32,000 bases of DNA from Ferroglobus placidus DSM 10642 (lineage in GTDB: Archaea; Halobacteriota; Archaeoglobi; Archaeoglobales; Archaeoglobaceae). Below the pieces are notes generated by a model. That model saw only the letters and a program-made list of their open reading frames with translations, was not told where the DNA came from and did no database searches. The translations under genes and the position numbers were made by a program. Shown here piece after piece: positions 1-9,224 of this stretch. Location of the stretch: contig NC_013849.1 in the NCBI RefSeq assembly GCF_000025505.1, positions 1,800,001-1,832,000 on the forward strand. Direction: 5' to 3'. Position 1 is the first letter of the stretch, and each line of letters opens with the position of its first letter.

Positions 1-8
1 CTCTTCTA

Positions 9-1529
9 TCATGAGAAGAATTCCTCTAAGGACATGTCTTTTCCTTTCTTTTCTTTCTTTCTTCTCTTTCTCTTTGTCTCTTTTTTCTCTTCTTCCTTCT
101 TCTCCTCTTTAACCTCCGCTATTTCTACTTCCCTTTTCTCCTCCTCTTCTACTTCTTCTATTTCTACCTCTTCCTTTTCCTCTTCTTTTAGTTCAACTTC
201 CTTTATTTCTGCAGCATAGCCCTCAAGAAACGTCTCGTCCTCAATTCTGTGGTAGTTGTGCTTCTTCATGTAGTTGTAAATCTCCTCTCCTCTCTCATCG
301 CCAACCAAGAACTTAAGCTCTTCCTCGTTTAAGTCGTAGAATGCGGCAATTTTTGCTGCCGTATCTGTGTCCAAGGTTGAGAGGAGAAACCTAACGTAAT
401 CGTAGAGCTCCGTATTCGCTTTTCTCCTCGACATGTGGGAATACTTGGCGAGTTTTTTCAGGATGTTTCTCCTCAACTCCCTCTTCTTCTGGAACGTCAC
501 GAGCTTCTGCCAGAACGTCGGGCGGGTGTACTTTGTGAAACCTTTCTTCACCTTGCTCTTCGACTGCTGAACTCCTACTGTCATTAAATAGCTGGCGTAC
601 TTCCAAAGTCTGTAGAACTGCCTTCTTTTCACTCTTCCAAGGAACATGTCCGCCCTCGAAAGAACGAGTTGAGCTTTGTAGAGGTCTTCTCCTTCGTATT
701 CGAGTGGCACGTTTGCGTCGATCCAGTAAATTAGGTCTTCGGGAGACTCGTCAAGAAGCATCGCTTCCGAATAAACCGTTGAGTAGTAAGTTTTGAATAT
801 CTTCTGCATCACCTTGAAAACGTCAGTTTCCTGAGTTCTCTTAGCCACAATAACGTCTTCGGCTTTCACAACTTTTCTTCCTTCTGCAACAGCTTGCAAA
901 TCGTTTATCGCCGCTCTCAAATCTCCTCCTGCATTGTCCGCTATTGCGTAAAGAGCTTTCTTATCTATTTCGATTCCCTCAAGCTTCGCTATTCTCTCCA
1001 AAACCTTCACGACCTGATCTCTTGTCAGTCTTCTGAAGTTTACCATCGTCACGAGGTTCCTCAACTCTGGCGAAAGGTTGTAGGGTTCGTTCGCTATAAG
1101 TATCATTGGCTGAGGTGGATTTCTCTTCAGAATTTTTATCAGTGCACTCTCTCCTCCAAAATCCTCCTTTTTGCTTATGTTGTCGACTTCGTCGAGAACT
1201 ATGAGCTTGAGCTTTCCCTCCCTCGAGGATAGAAAATCTCCCTCATCGCTCAGCGTTTCGTTAAAAGCGCCTTCTCCGACAATTCTGTAAATAACGCTCC
1301 AGTTTCTCTGATCAGAAGCGTTTAGCTCTACAACCTCCCAGCCGTAAGTGTTGGCTAAAGCTAAAGCGAGAGACGTTTTTCCAACTCCCGGAGGACCGGC
1401 GAAAAGAAGAGGTTTTTGCTTAACGCCTCTCTTCCAGTTTTCAGCCCAAGTTACGACAGTTTTGATTATATCTGAAGGAGCGACAACGTCTTTGATCGTT
1501 TTCGGGCGGTACTTTTCAACCCACAGCAT
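9..1529 (-). CDS. rfcL: Replication factor C large subunit (clamp loader), with a K/E-rich low-complexity C-terminal tail
   Basis: N-terminus MLWVEKYRPKTIKDVV, Walker A GPPGVGKTS, Walker B LIVLDEVDNI, RFC-L layout; tail ends KGKDMSLEEFFS. Confidence 0.95.
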   Translation of the reverse strand: MLWVEKYRPKTIKDVVAPSDIIKTVVTWAENWKRGVKQKPLLFAGPPGVGKTSLALALANTYGWEVVELNASDQRNWSVIYRIVGEGAFNETLSDEGDFLSSREGKLKLIVLDEVDNISKKEDFGGESALIKILKRNPPQPMILIANEPYNLSPELRNLVTMVNFRRLTRDQVVKVLERIAKLEGIEIDKKALYAIADNAGGDLRAAINDLQAVAEGRKVVKAEDVIVAKRTQETDVFKVMQKIFKTYYSTVYSEAMLLDESPEDLIYWIDANVPLEYEGEDLYKAQLVLSRADMFLGRVKRRQFYRLWKYASYLMTVGVQQSKSKVKKGFTKYTRPTFWQKLVTFQKKRELRRNILKKLAKYSHMSRRKANTELYDYVRFLLSTLDTDTAAKIAAFYDLNEEELKFLVGDERGEEIYNYMKKHNYHRIEDETFLEGYAAEIKEVELKEEEKEEVEIEEVEEEEKREVEIAEVKEEKKEEEKKETKRKRRKKEKKGKDMSLEEFFS

Positions 1530-1558
1530 CGCTCTACTTTACTCCTCAAGACAATATA

Positions 1559-1879
1559 TTATTTTTCCAACCAGAAGGTGTCGTTCTCTTTGTAGTTATA
1601 TTTGAAAACCAAGACTTTCATGTTTCCTTCTGCTGAGTGAATCGCTCCCGGCTTGCAGAGCAGAACGCTTCCACAAGAAACTTCGTATTCCTCCCCATCG
1701 ATTTTCATTTTCCCCTCTCCTTCGACTATGACGAAAACTTCCGTCTGAACTTTGTGGTAGTGATCGCCGACCTTTCCTTTTATTTCCACCAGCTGGATAA
1801 AGCAGTCTTTGCTGAATTCGTAAAGTTTGGACACTCTGTAATTGCCCCGCTCTATCCATTCCTTAGCTTCAAGTTTCAT
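1559..1879 (-). CDS. Small cupin-domain protein (start re-set to MKLEAKEW, which removes the overlap with gyrA)
   Basis: Cupin signature GDHYHKVQTEVFVIVEGEGKMKIDGEEYEV...CKPGAIHSAEG; the listed ORF start (1927) would overlap gyrA, the internal Met at 1879 does not. Confidence 0.8.
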   Translation of the reverse strand: MKLEAKEWIERGNYRVSKLYEFSKDCFIQLVEIKGKVGDHYHKVQTEVFVIVEGEGKMKIDGEEYEVSCGSVLLCKPGAIHSAEGNMKVLVFKYNYKENDTFWLEK

Positions 1880-1883
1880 AAAA

Positions 1884-4211
1884 TTAAATGAAGCTTGCGG
1901 ATATAATTCCTTTTTTGCTAACTGCAACGCCGACAGCGTTTCTCCCCATTACCGGAATCTGCTTAGTCTCAACGACGATCACATTTCCGTCTTTGCTGAT
2001 AACCATGAGCTTGTCGCTCTTTACGAACTCTGCAAAAACGAGCTTGCCTGTTTTTTCGTTTACCTTGTGGGCTGTAACCCCCTTCGCACCTCTTCCGGTT
2101 AACCTGAACTCTTCAGTTTTAGTCATCTTTCCGTAACCGTTTTCGGTCAGCGTTAGAATCAAATCTTCGCTTCCTACATCCATCCAAGCAATTTTGTCTC
2201 CGTCAAGACTTACGGCTTTCACCCCCCTCGCGTTTCTCTTGTACTCCGGAACTTCTTCAGCTTTAAACCTCACAAGCCTTCCGTTTTCAGTGGCAATTAT
2301 GACTTCCTTCCCGTCAAGCTTTTTAACGAAGGCAACGCTCTCTGGAGATGCTAAAATTCCCGATCTCTTCGCATTTTCGAATTCGGCGATGTTTACCTTC
2401 TTTATGTACCCGCTTTCCGTAAGAATCACAACGCTTCCCTTTCCGAAGGGAACTATTCCAACTATCTCGTCTTCGATTCTCAGAAATCTCTTTAGGCTCA
2501 CACCTTTTCCGCTCCTCTCCTGCTTCGGAATTTCGTAGGCGTTTATCGAGAAAGCTTTTCCATCTTTCGTGAAGAGGAGTATTCTGTCGAGGGATCTTAC
2601 TTTAACGATGTAGGCGGCGTAATCTCCGTCTCTTAAAGAAATTCCAGAAGTTCCCACCCCTCCCCTCCTTTGAACTCTGAAGTCGCTTTCGTCAAGCCTT
2701 TTCGCATATCCATCTTTTGTGATTATCAGAACGTTTTCCTCGTCTTTTATCGTGTCGACTTCCGTTATCTCCTCGTACTTCTCAACTATCTTAGTCCTTC
2801 TGTCATCTCCGTAGTTTTTCTTTATTTCTTCGAGTTCCTTAATTATTATCTCGTCCATTTTTTCCTGAGAAGAAAGTATGCTTTTGAGCTCCTTTATCTT
2901 TTTGTCGAGCTCTTCGTACTCCTTCAGTATTCCATCTATCTCCATAGAAGTTAGCTTCTGCAATCTCATCTGCAAGACAGCATCAGCCTGCTTCTCCGAG
3001 AGAGAAAATCTGTTGATTAGTTTCTCCTTCGCCTCAGAAGGAGATTTTGAAGATCTTATGAGAGATATAGCCTCGTCCAGATTAGATATGACTATTTTGA
3101 AACCTTCAAGAACGTGAATTCTCTCTTCAGCCTTTTCAAGCTCGTAAGCAGTTCTTCTTCTCACGACTTCCCTTCTGTGGTTGACGTATTCGGCGATGAG
3201 GTCTTTCAGAGTTAAAATCTTAGGCTGAGTGTTTACCAACGCTAAAAGCATGATGCTGTAAGTTATTTGAAGAGGAGTGTAGAGGTAGAGTTTTTTGAGA
3301 ACGAGATTTTTATCCACTCCGCTTTTTAACTCAACGACGACTCTTATCCCTTCCCTGTCAGATTCATCTCTGACAGCCTTTACTTCCTCGAGCTTTCCCT
3401 CTTTTACGAGATTTGCAATTTTCTCAACGATTAAAGACTTTCTCACGGTGTAGGGAACTTCCCTAATTATTATCGCGTTGTCCTCAAACTCAACTTTGCC
3501 TCGTAGAATAATTCTTCCTCTTCCGGTTTCGTAAGCCTTTATTATCCCTTCCACTCCGACTATGATTCCTCCAGTTGGAAAGTCCGGACCCTTTACGTGC
3601 TTCATTAACTCTCTAACGGTAACATCGGGATTTCTGATGTATTCTACGATTGCGTCGCAAATTTCTCTCAAATTGTGGGGCGGAATGTTCGTAGCCATTC
3701 CCACAGCTATTCCACTCGATCCGTTAGCAAGCAAGTTTGGAAAAGCCGCTGGCAAAACCGAAGGCTCCTTTAGCGTGTTATCGAAGTTCGGAACGAAATC
3801 GACTGTATCTTTATCTATGTCCTTCAGCATCTCTTCAGCTATTTTCGTCAGCCTTGCCTCGGTGTAACGCATCGCTGCCGGCTCATCTCCGTCGATGCTT
3901 CCGAAGTTACCCTGTCCGTCGATGAGAGGATAGCGCATGTTGAAATCCTGAGCCATTCTGACCAATGCTTCATAGACGGCAGCGTCTCCGTGGGGGTGGT
4001 ACTTTCCTAACACGTCTCCGACGATTCTCGCGGACTTTCTGTAATTTCTGTTGCTGAAAAGTCCCATTTCGTACATCGAGTAGAGAATTCTCCTCTGAAC
4101 CGGCTTTAACCCATCTCTTACATCGGGCAAAGCTCTTCCCACTATTACGCTCATCGCATAGTCGAGGTAAGACGTTTTGATCTCTTCGGCTATCTCCCTA
4201 ACCAGTTCCAT
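1884..4211 (-). CDS. gyrA: DNA gyrase subunit A
   Basis: [28 protein letters not shown], catalytic Tyr context [11 protein letters not shown]-terminal GyrA-box-like QRRGGVG. Confidence 0.96.
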   Translation of the reverse strand: MELVREIAEEIKTSYLDYAMSVIVGRALPDVRDGLKPVQRRILYSMYEMGLFSNRNYRKSARIVGDVLGKYHPHGDAAVYEALVRMAQDFNMRYPLIDGQGNFGSIDGDEPAAMRYTEARLTKIAEEMLKDIDKDTVDFVPNFDNTLKEPSVLPAAFPNLLANGSSGIAVGMATNIPPHNLREICDAIVEYIRNPDVTVRELMKHVKGPDFPTGGIIVGVEGIIKAYETGRGRIILRGKVEFEDNAIIIREVPYTVRKSLIVEKIANLVKEGKLEEVKAVRDESDREGIRVVVELKSGVDKNLVLKKLYLYTPLQITYSIMLLALVNTQPKILTLKDLIAEYVNHRREVVRRRTAYELEKAEERIHVLEGFKIVISNLDEAISLIRSSKSPSEAKEKLINRFSLSEKQADAVLQMRLQKLTSMEIDGILKEYEELDKKIKELKSILSSQEKMDEIIIKELEEIKKNYGDDRRTKIVEKYEEITEVDTIKDEENVLIITKDGYAKRLDESDFRVQRRGGVGTSGISLRDGDYAAYIVKVRSLDRILLFTKDGKAFSINAYEIPKQERSGKGVSLKRFLRIEDEIVGIVPFGKGSVVILTESGYIKKVNIAEFENAKRSGILASPESVAFVKKLDGKEVIIATENGRLVRFKAEEVPEYKRNARGVKAVSLDGDKIAWMDVGSEDLILTLTENGYGKMTKTEEFRLTGRGAKGVTAHKVNEKTGKLVFAEFVKSDKLMVISKDGNVIVVETKQIPVMGRNAVGVAVSKKGIISASFI

Positions 4212-4954
4212 CAGATCACCTCAATCGGCAATGAAAGAATGTCATCCTCAAGAAGCTCGTCAAATATTCTTTCATTTTTTATCACTGCCCTCGCAAGGGA
4301 AACGAGTTTTGCTCCACTCTCAATCATCTTTCTTGCGGTATTAATATCTTTCACCGAATTGTTTCCGATTACGTTTCCGAAAGCGGAAATTTCTTTAATT
4401 AGATTGTAATCCGCACCACCTCCAGGAATCATGGCGTCAACGTGAAGAATAAAAGCTGAAGAGAAGAGCTTTTCCGAGAGAGAGGAATAATCGAGGTTCA
4501 GCCCACCTCTTATTTTAACGGAGACATCGCAGTACTTCGAGCACTTCTCCACTATGTTAAGGAGCTTTTCTTGGTTGAATAGCAAAGATTGACCGGCTCC
4601 GATCTCCATAAATTCAGGTTGTCTGCAGTGGGCGTTTATTTCGAGAAGGACATCATATTCTTCGCAAATTTTCGCAACGCTAACGTAGCCGTCGATCGAA
4701 GAAGCTCTGACGTTTACAGCTATTTTTCCATAGGAGTCGAGGGCTGAAACTAATTCTTTCTCTATCTCTTTAAGCGGATTTTCGAAGACGAACTCCCTTC
4801 TCCCCCTTTTTAAAGACTTAAGAGCCGCTTCATTCGCTTTTTTATCAGCGTTAAATCCACCGAGAACTGCCAAACCGACTTTGAATTTTTTGACGAAATT
4901 AGAGTTGTTTATCCCAGCCATCGCTGAAAGGCAGAGGCGATTTTTAAACTTCAT
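4211..4954 (-). CDS. TIM-barrel protein related to tRNA-dihydrouridine synthase (archaeal nifR3-related family)
   Basis: N-terminus [40 protein letters not shown]; TGATG stop/start overlap with gyrA. Confidence 0.7.
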   Translation of the reverse strand: MKFKNRLCLSAMAGINNSNFVKKFKVGLAVLGGFNADKKANEAALKSLKRGRREFVFENPLKEIEKELVSALDSYGKIAVNVRASSIDGYVSVAKICEEYDVLLEINAHCRQPEFMEIGAGQSLLFNQEKLLNIVEKCSKYCDVSVKIRGGLNLDYSSLSEKLFSSAFILHVDAMIPGGGADYNLIKEISAFGNVIGNNSVKDINTARKMIESGAKLVSLARAVIKNERIFDELLEDDILSLPIEVI

Positions 4955-5789
4955 AGTTTAGCTCCTCAGCTCTAATTTTCCCATCAGCAACTCTCGATGC
5001 TCCTCCGATAAGGTAGGCTTTTTCTCCTTCGAACTCGACGAAAAGCTTTCCACCTCTCGTTAAAATTTCCACTTTGTCATCAGCGAATCCCAGTTTTCTC
5101 GCAACTGCAGCAACCGCCACGCTTCCTGTTCCGCAGCTTAACGTTTCGTTTTCAACTCCCCTCTCGTATGTTCTGACGAAGAATTTATTTCCCTCCCTTT
5201 TAACGAAGTTCACGTTCGTTCCTTCAGGAAAAAGCTCGCTCATTCTTATAGCTCTGCCAGTTCTAACCACGTCAAAATCAAAGTCTTCAACGAAGATAAC
5301 AGCGTGAGGAACGCCGGTATTGACGGCGTAAATCTCAAAACTCCTGTTGTCGATCTTTATTTCCTTTCCCCAAACGTCCTCCTTCGTCGGAATCTCATCT
5401 TTGCTGAATTTCGGAGTGCCCATGTCGACTTTTACCCACCAGCCCTCTTCGTTCTTCGTAACTTCCAGCTCGTAGATTCCTGCGAGAGTTTCAACTCTTA
5501 CCGGCGATGCGGCATAGCCTTCCTCAACAACGTACCTCGAAAAACACCTTATTCCATTTCCGCACATCTCCGCTTCGCTTCCGTCGCTGTTGAAATACCT
5601 GAACTTAGCATCGGCAACCTCTGATTTCTGAACGAAGATAACTCCGTCAGCACCTATTCCAAAGTTTCTGTGAGCTATAGCCCTAACGAACTTCGGCTTT
5701 TCTTCCTCTTTAACCACCTCTTCCCGAAATTCGTCGATAATAACGAAGTCGTTCCCGTTTCCGTGCATCTTAGCGAACTTGATTTCCAT
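4944..5789 (-). CDS. dapF: Diaminopimelate epimerase
   Basis: MEIKFAKMHGNGNDFVIIDE, catalytic cysteine motifs EMCGNGIRCF and LSCGTGSVA. Confidence 0.95.
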   Translation of the reverse strand: MEIKFAKMHGNGNDFVIIDEFREEVVKEEEKPKFVRAIAHRNFGIGADGVIFVQKSEVADAKFRYFNSDGSEAEMCGNGIRCFSRYVVEEGYAASPVRVETLAGIYELEVTKNEEGWWVKVDMGTPKFSKDEIPTKEDVWGKEIKIDNRSFEIYAVNTGVPHAVIFVEDFDFDVVRTGRAIRMSELFPEGTNVNFVKREGNKFFVRTYERGVENETLSCGTGSVAVAAVARKLGFADDKVEILTRGGKLFVEFEGEKAYLIGGASRVADGKIRAEELNYEV

Positions 5790-5842
5790 GACGAAATAAG
5801 ATTCACTTAAGGTTAATAATTGGTTCGTTAAATAAAGAAAAT

Positions 5843-7120
5843 TTAACTTATCTCTTTCAAAGCCAAATCCGCTCTCACGATGCCGTAGCCGTAAACAGAA
5901 TCGTATCCATCTTTGTTGACGTCTTCTGCCGTGATGTGCAAAATTCCTCTGACAGTTGAATTGTTTGCATCACTGAAATTACCTACCGGAAGAATTGTAC
6001 CGTATTTGTTGTAATAGGCTGCCTGAATCAGCGCCACGACTCCGCTAACGTGGGGGCAAGCCATAGATGTCCCGCTGAGCGTGGCGTAATCGTCGTCTGG
6101 ATACGTGCTTAGTATATCGACTCCGGGAGCCGAAAGTTCGACTCCTCTATTGCTCCAGCTTGGAACGTCGTCGTTTTTATCGGTTGCTCCGACGGCTATT
6201 ACTTCAGGATAAGCTGCCGGATAGCTCGGAGTTAAAGCTCCTTCATTGCCTGAAGCTGCTACAAGAACTACTCCGTAGCTGTAAGCTTTGATTAAAGCTT
6301 CATGCAAAGAGAGAACATTAGACGAAGAGCCAAAGCTCATGCTTATAACTTCGGCAGCATCATCATCCGGATCTCCAGCGATAACCCCATCCTTATCACT
6401 GTCGAGAACGCCATCAGGTCCTAAAAGTGCTTGTTCGATTCCAAGAATTATGTCGCTAATCCACCCACTTCCGTCGTTTCCGAGAGCTTTTATAGCGTAG
6501 ATTTCCACGGCAGGAGCAACACCGACAACACCGATTTCGTTGTCGACGGCAGCAATAATTCCAGCCACGTGCGTTCCGTGCCCGTTTTTGTCCTGATAAG
6601 CGTTCGGTTTTGTAGATATTATTCCGTTGAGCACGCTAACTCCCCAGGCGAGATTGTCCTTAAGGTCTGGATGATCTCTGTCAATTCCGGTATCGATAAT
6701 CGCAACCTCGATAACTCCACTGGCTGAACCGTTGCTAATGTTCCAAGCTTCGGTAGCATTTATTCTATCTATCCCCCAAGGAATTTGCTGAGAAGGTTGA
6801 GCGGACGAATCTTTGTTTTTCCCCGGAGGTGATGGAGGTTTTCCTTTAAAGATTTTCACGAGTGCATCTTTTTCAATTCTTACAACTCCTTTCGCCTTTG
6901 CCAAATTCTCAACAGCTTTTTCAGGCAGCTCAGCCACAACTATCGGAAAAATTTTACCCCTCGCTAAAACCTTCCCGTTGTTTGCTGAAATCACGTTTTC
7001 GTCAAATTTTTCGTTTACTTTGATTATAACACGAACGTTCTTGGTTTCGGCTGCAACGGCAATCCCAGCGATTAGTATTAGAATTACCGCGAGTAAAACC
7101 GCTAATTCTTTGTGTCCCAT
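5843..7120 (-). CDS. Secreted subtilisin-like serine protease (S8) with signal/I9-type propeptide
   Basis: Catalytic triad contexts DTGIDRDHPD, GHGTHVAGI, GTSMACPHVSG; N-terminal hydrophobic segment; Ca-loop-like DSDKDGVIAGDPDDD insertion. Confidence 0.95.
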   Translation of the reverse strand: MGHKELAVLLAVILILIAGIAVAAETKNVRVIIKVNEKFDENVISANNGKVLARGKIFPIVVAELPEKAVENLAKAKGVVRIEKDALVKIFKGKPPSPPGKNKDSSAQPSQQIPWGIDRINATEAWNISNGSASGVIEVAIIDTGIDRDHPDLKDNLAWGVSVLNGIISTKPNAYQDKNGHGTHVAGIIAAVDNEIGVVGVAPAVEIYAIKALGNDGSGWISDIILGIEQALLGPDGVLDSDKDGVIAGDPDDDAAEVISMSFGSSSNVLSLHEALIKAYSYGVVLVAASGNEGALTPSYPAAYPEVIAVGATDKNDDVPSWSNRGVELSAPGVDILSTYPDDDYATLSGTSMACPHVSGVVALIQAAYYNKYGTILPVGNFSDANNSTVRGILHITAEDVNKDGYDSVYGYGIVRADLALKEIS

Positions 7121-7123
7121 AGC

Positions 7124-7399
7124 TCAAACACCTTTAAATGATTGATCGTTGACAAATAAAAAGCTTTTCCCGAGAAAATTCGTAGATATGAGTTCTATGA
7201 GCTCCGGATCTCCTTCATCGTAATCCTCTACAGGCTCTAAGCGACCCTCTTTGATTAGCTCTAAAACGATTGCGTGAGCCACCTCGTATGAAATCTGAAG
7301 ATCTTCTGAAATCCTTAGTGGTGTTACGACTTTACCCTTCTCGTCCTTAATGTATTCCAAAATGAGCTCTTTGGCTCCTTCATGAGATATTTCACGCAC
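7124..7399 (-). CDS. Small hypothetical protein, possibly winged-helix
   Basis: Intact 91-aa ORF; VTPLRISEDLQISYEVAHAIVLELIKEGRLEP resembles a helix-turn-helix plus wing. Confidence 0.55.
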   Translation of the reverse strand: MREISHEGAKELILEYIKDEKGKVVTPLRISEDLQISYEVAHAIVLELIKEGRLEPVEDYDEGDPELIELISTNFLGKSFLFVNDQSFKGV

Positions 7400-7575
7400 G
7401 AGTATGATTTTTTAGATTTGATGATATTTTTGCGAAGGTTTCGAGGTCGTAGCTTCCTTTTTGGGTAGTTAAATTGATTACTCTGTTGGAGAAAACGAAG
7501 CGGTAAGCATTGATGCGAGAAAAAGTTGAAAAAGCTATTAAGGAGTATGCAGAAAAAACGATTTAGATTCTGGCT

Positions 7576-8070
7576 TCAAACTGTTACCCATCTAGAAAAC
7601 GGTATTGGGATTTTTGTAGCTTTTAAGTCGATGTATACTGTTCCTGTGACTTTTAATTGGGTTTTCTGCTCTGTGAAGAAACCTTTTAACTTTTCTAAGA
7701 TGAGTTTGCCACCCCCAGTCCAAGGTATATTGAAATTTAAGGCAATATTCTTGTTAGAATTTGGTGGAATTGTGTTTGTATATGGAATTGAACCAGATGC
7801 TACGAGGGTTCCATCTTTCGTGTAGACTTGGAAATCGATGCTATCTAACTGAGCTGGAAATGGATTTGGATTCGTTACTGAAAGTATTAGAGAACCGTGT
7901 AAACCTTTAAGACTAACTCCAGTAATTGTTATGTCCTGAACCTCTACTGATAATGGTTTGATCAAGTTCGACCGTATTCCGAGACCCATAAATAGTTCCG
8001 GTAAGGTTGGTAACACCACAAAAATTCCTACAAAAATTGCCAATATTAATAATACATGCCAAGCTTTCAT
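7576..8070 (-). CDS. LEA14/LEA_2-like membrane-anchored protein
   Basis: N-terminal hydrophobic helix, then LEA_2-type pattern GVSLKGLHGSLILSVTNPNPFPAQLDSIDFQVY. Confidence 0.7.
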   Translation of the reverse strand: MKAWHVLLILAIFVGIFVVLPTLPELFMGLGIRSNLIKPLSVEVQDITITGVSLKGLHGSLILSVTNPNPFPAQLDSIDFQVYTKDGTLVASGSIPYTNTIPPNSNKNIALNFNIPWTGGGKLILEKLKGFFTEQKTQLKVTGTVYIDLKATKIPIPFSRWVTV

Positions 8071-8113
8071 ACAGGTTTTTAACTTGACATTCTACTTAAA
8101 ATTTGCGATTTAG

Positions 8114-8458
8114 TTACTTATCTACTAACAATTTGTTGATAAATTTCTTAGGGTCTCTTGATGGTGCCTTAGAATGGTATTTTTCAAACTCCTTTTCCAT
8201 CTCTTCTATAAGTTCTACAATCCTTTTTCCGAGAGGAGTTAGTTCGTAATATTTTGTTCCCGTTGGAGAGTCTCGAATAATCACAATCTGGATTAAGCCG
8301 AGGTCGAGGAGTTCCTTAATACCTTGATGGACATATTTTTTATTGAGAAGTTTTTCTAATTCACTCCATTTTTTTCTACCAGTTTTGAGAGCAAATAGTA
8401 TTGTTATATTTGGTTTCTTGGAGATTTTTTTGATCAGCAACTCAGTTGAGTTTACCAC
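8114..8458 (-). CDS. Winged helix-turn-helix transcriptional regulator (ArsR/HxlR-like)
   Basis: KKPNITILFALKTGRKKWSELEKLLNKKYVHQGIKELLDLGLIQ...KYYELTPLGKRIVELIEEM. Confidence 0.75.
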   Translation of the reverse strand: MVNSTELLIKKISKKPNITILFALKTGRKKWSELEKLLNKKYVHQGIKELLDLGLIQIVIIRDSPTGTKYYELTPLGKRIVELIEEMEKEFEKYHSKAPSRDPKKFINKLLVDK

Positions 8459-8590
8459 AAACAGACTTTGCTATTTGACAATATTTTATTGGTAGTGTGC
8501 AAAACTGCAGAATTAGTATGCTGAATGGTAACCTTTAAATATTGGTTTGCATAAAGGTAACATTGTAGTCTAAGAGGTAGGTGATAGAGT

Positions 8591-8776
8591 ATGGGGATTA
8601 GAGTATATTCAACAGTCCCGGACAGTTAGGGAGAGCCGATTAAAATTGCAAAGAAAATCGAAGGATGAGATGACACTTCTGATTACATCAGAGAATTCAT
8701 CAAAAAAGACCTTGTCGCTAAATGTCTTCTCGGCGTGAAGAATGGAGAGAAAGAGGTTGTTTTAGAGGAGGGTTAA
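8591..8776 (+). pseudogene. Ribbon-helix-helix (CopG-like) protein remnant with two in-frame stops
   Basis: Manual translation: MGIRVYSTVPDS*GEPIKIAKKIEG*DDTSDYIREFIKKDLVAKCLLGVKNGEKEVVLEEG*; TAG at 8627-8629 and TGA at 8666-8668. Confidence 0.5.
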
Positions 8777-8779
8777 GCT

Positions 8780-8926
8780 GTGAGAGCTTTAACCCTCAAA
8801 GAATGGCTCGAACGACATTCAGGTTTAGAATGCTCCTATTGCGGAAAGAAGCTTAGCGAGATCGAGGTGATCTGGCTTGGTTGCTGCCCACTTTGCTACG
8901 ATTGCCATGAGAAGATTTATAGATGA
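8780..8926 (+). CDS. 48-aa Cys-rich putative zinc-binding microprotein (GTG start), absent from the ORF track
   Basis: Manual translation: VRALTLKEWLERHSGLECSYCGKKLSEIEVIWLGCCPLCYDCHEKIYR*; CxxC ... CCxxCxxC. Confidence 0.45.
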   Translation: MRALTLKEWLERHSGLECSYCGKKLSEIEVIWLGCCPLCYDCHEKIYR

Positions 8927-8973
8927 AATCAAGGACTGGCTGGAGTTCCTTAGAGTTCTATTCTTGGTGCTAA

Positions 8974-9170
8974 CTGGACGGTGGAAGTGGAGGTTCAGAC
9001 CGTGAGATTAGAAACGTGTTACGGTTCGTTGAGGCGGGTGTTTGTCCTTGCGGTGGATTATCGTCTTCAACGTTTCGAAGGAGAGAGTTGATAAGATGCT
9101 GGATAGACTTGAGAAAGAACATTACGAATACTGCCCGATTTGCAAGAGTTGGCTGCTTGTTCTCTGGTAG
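8974..9170 (+). pseudogene. Frameshifted zinc-ribbon-like fragment
   Basis: Frame A ...DREIRNVLRFVEAGVCPCGG continues in another frame as WIIVFNVSKERVDKMLDRLEKEHYEYCPICKSWLLVLW*; two CxxC-like knuckles if joined. Confidence 0.35.
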
Positions 9171-9224
9171 TTTGACAGGAAAATGAACATAGAGGTTTGA
9201 AAGGCTATAAACCTTAGAGGAGGA

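Noticed and set aside
34-219. Ser/Phe-rich plus-strand ORF opposite the RFC-L tail
   Set aside because: Antisense translation of the GAA/AAG-rich low-complexity tail (SSFFSS runs).
2194-3867. Several plus-strand ORFs opposite gyrA
   Set aside because: Antisense shadows of an unambiguous gyrA reading frame.
7400-7570. Minus-frame fragment AYRFVFSNRVINLTTQKGSYDLETFAKISSNLKNHTRA and a 17-aa plus ORF at 7513..7566
   Set aside because: Too short, with no recognisable domain and no credible start codon for the minus fragment. It may be gene debris but is not supportable alone.
7526-7825. 99-aa plus-strand ORF opposite the LEA14-like gene
   Set aside because: The opposite frame has a coherent signal/TM plus LEA_2 pattern, and this one has no recognisable features.
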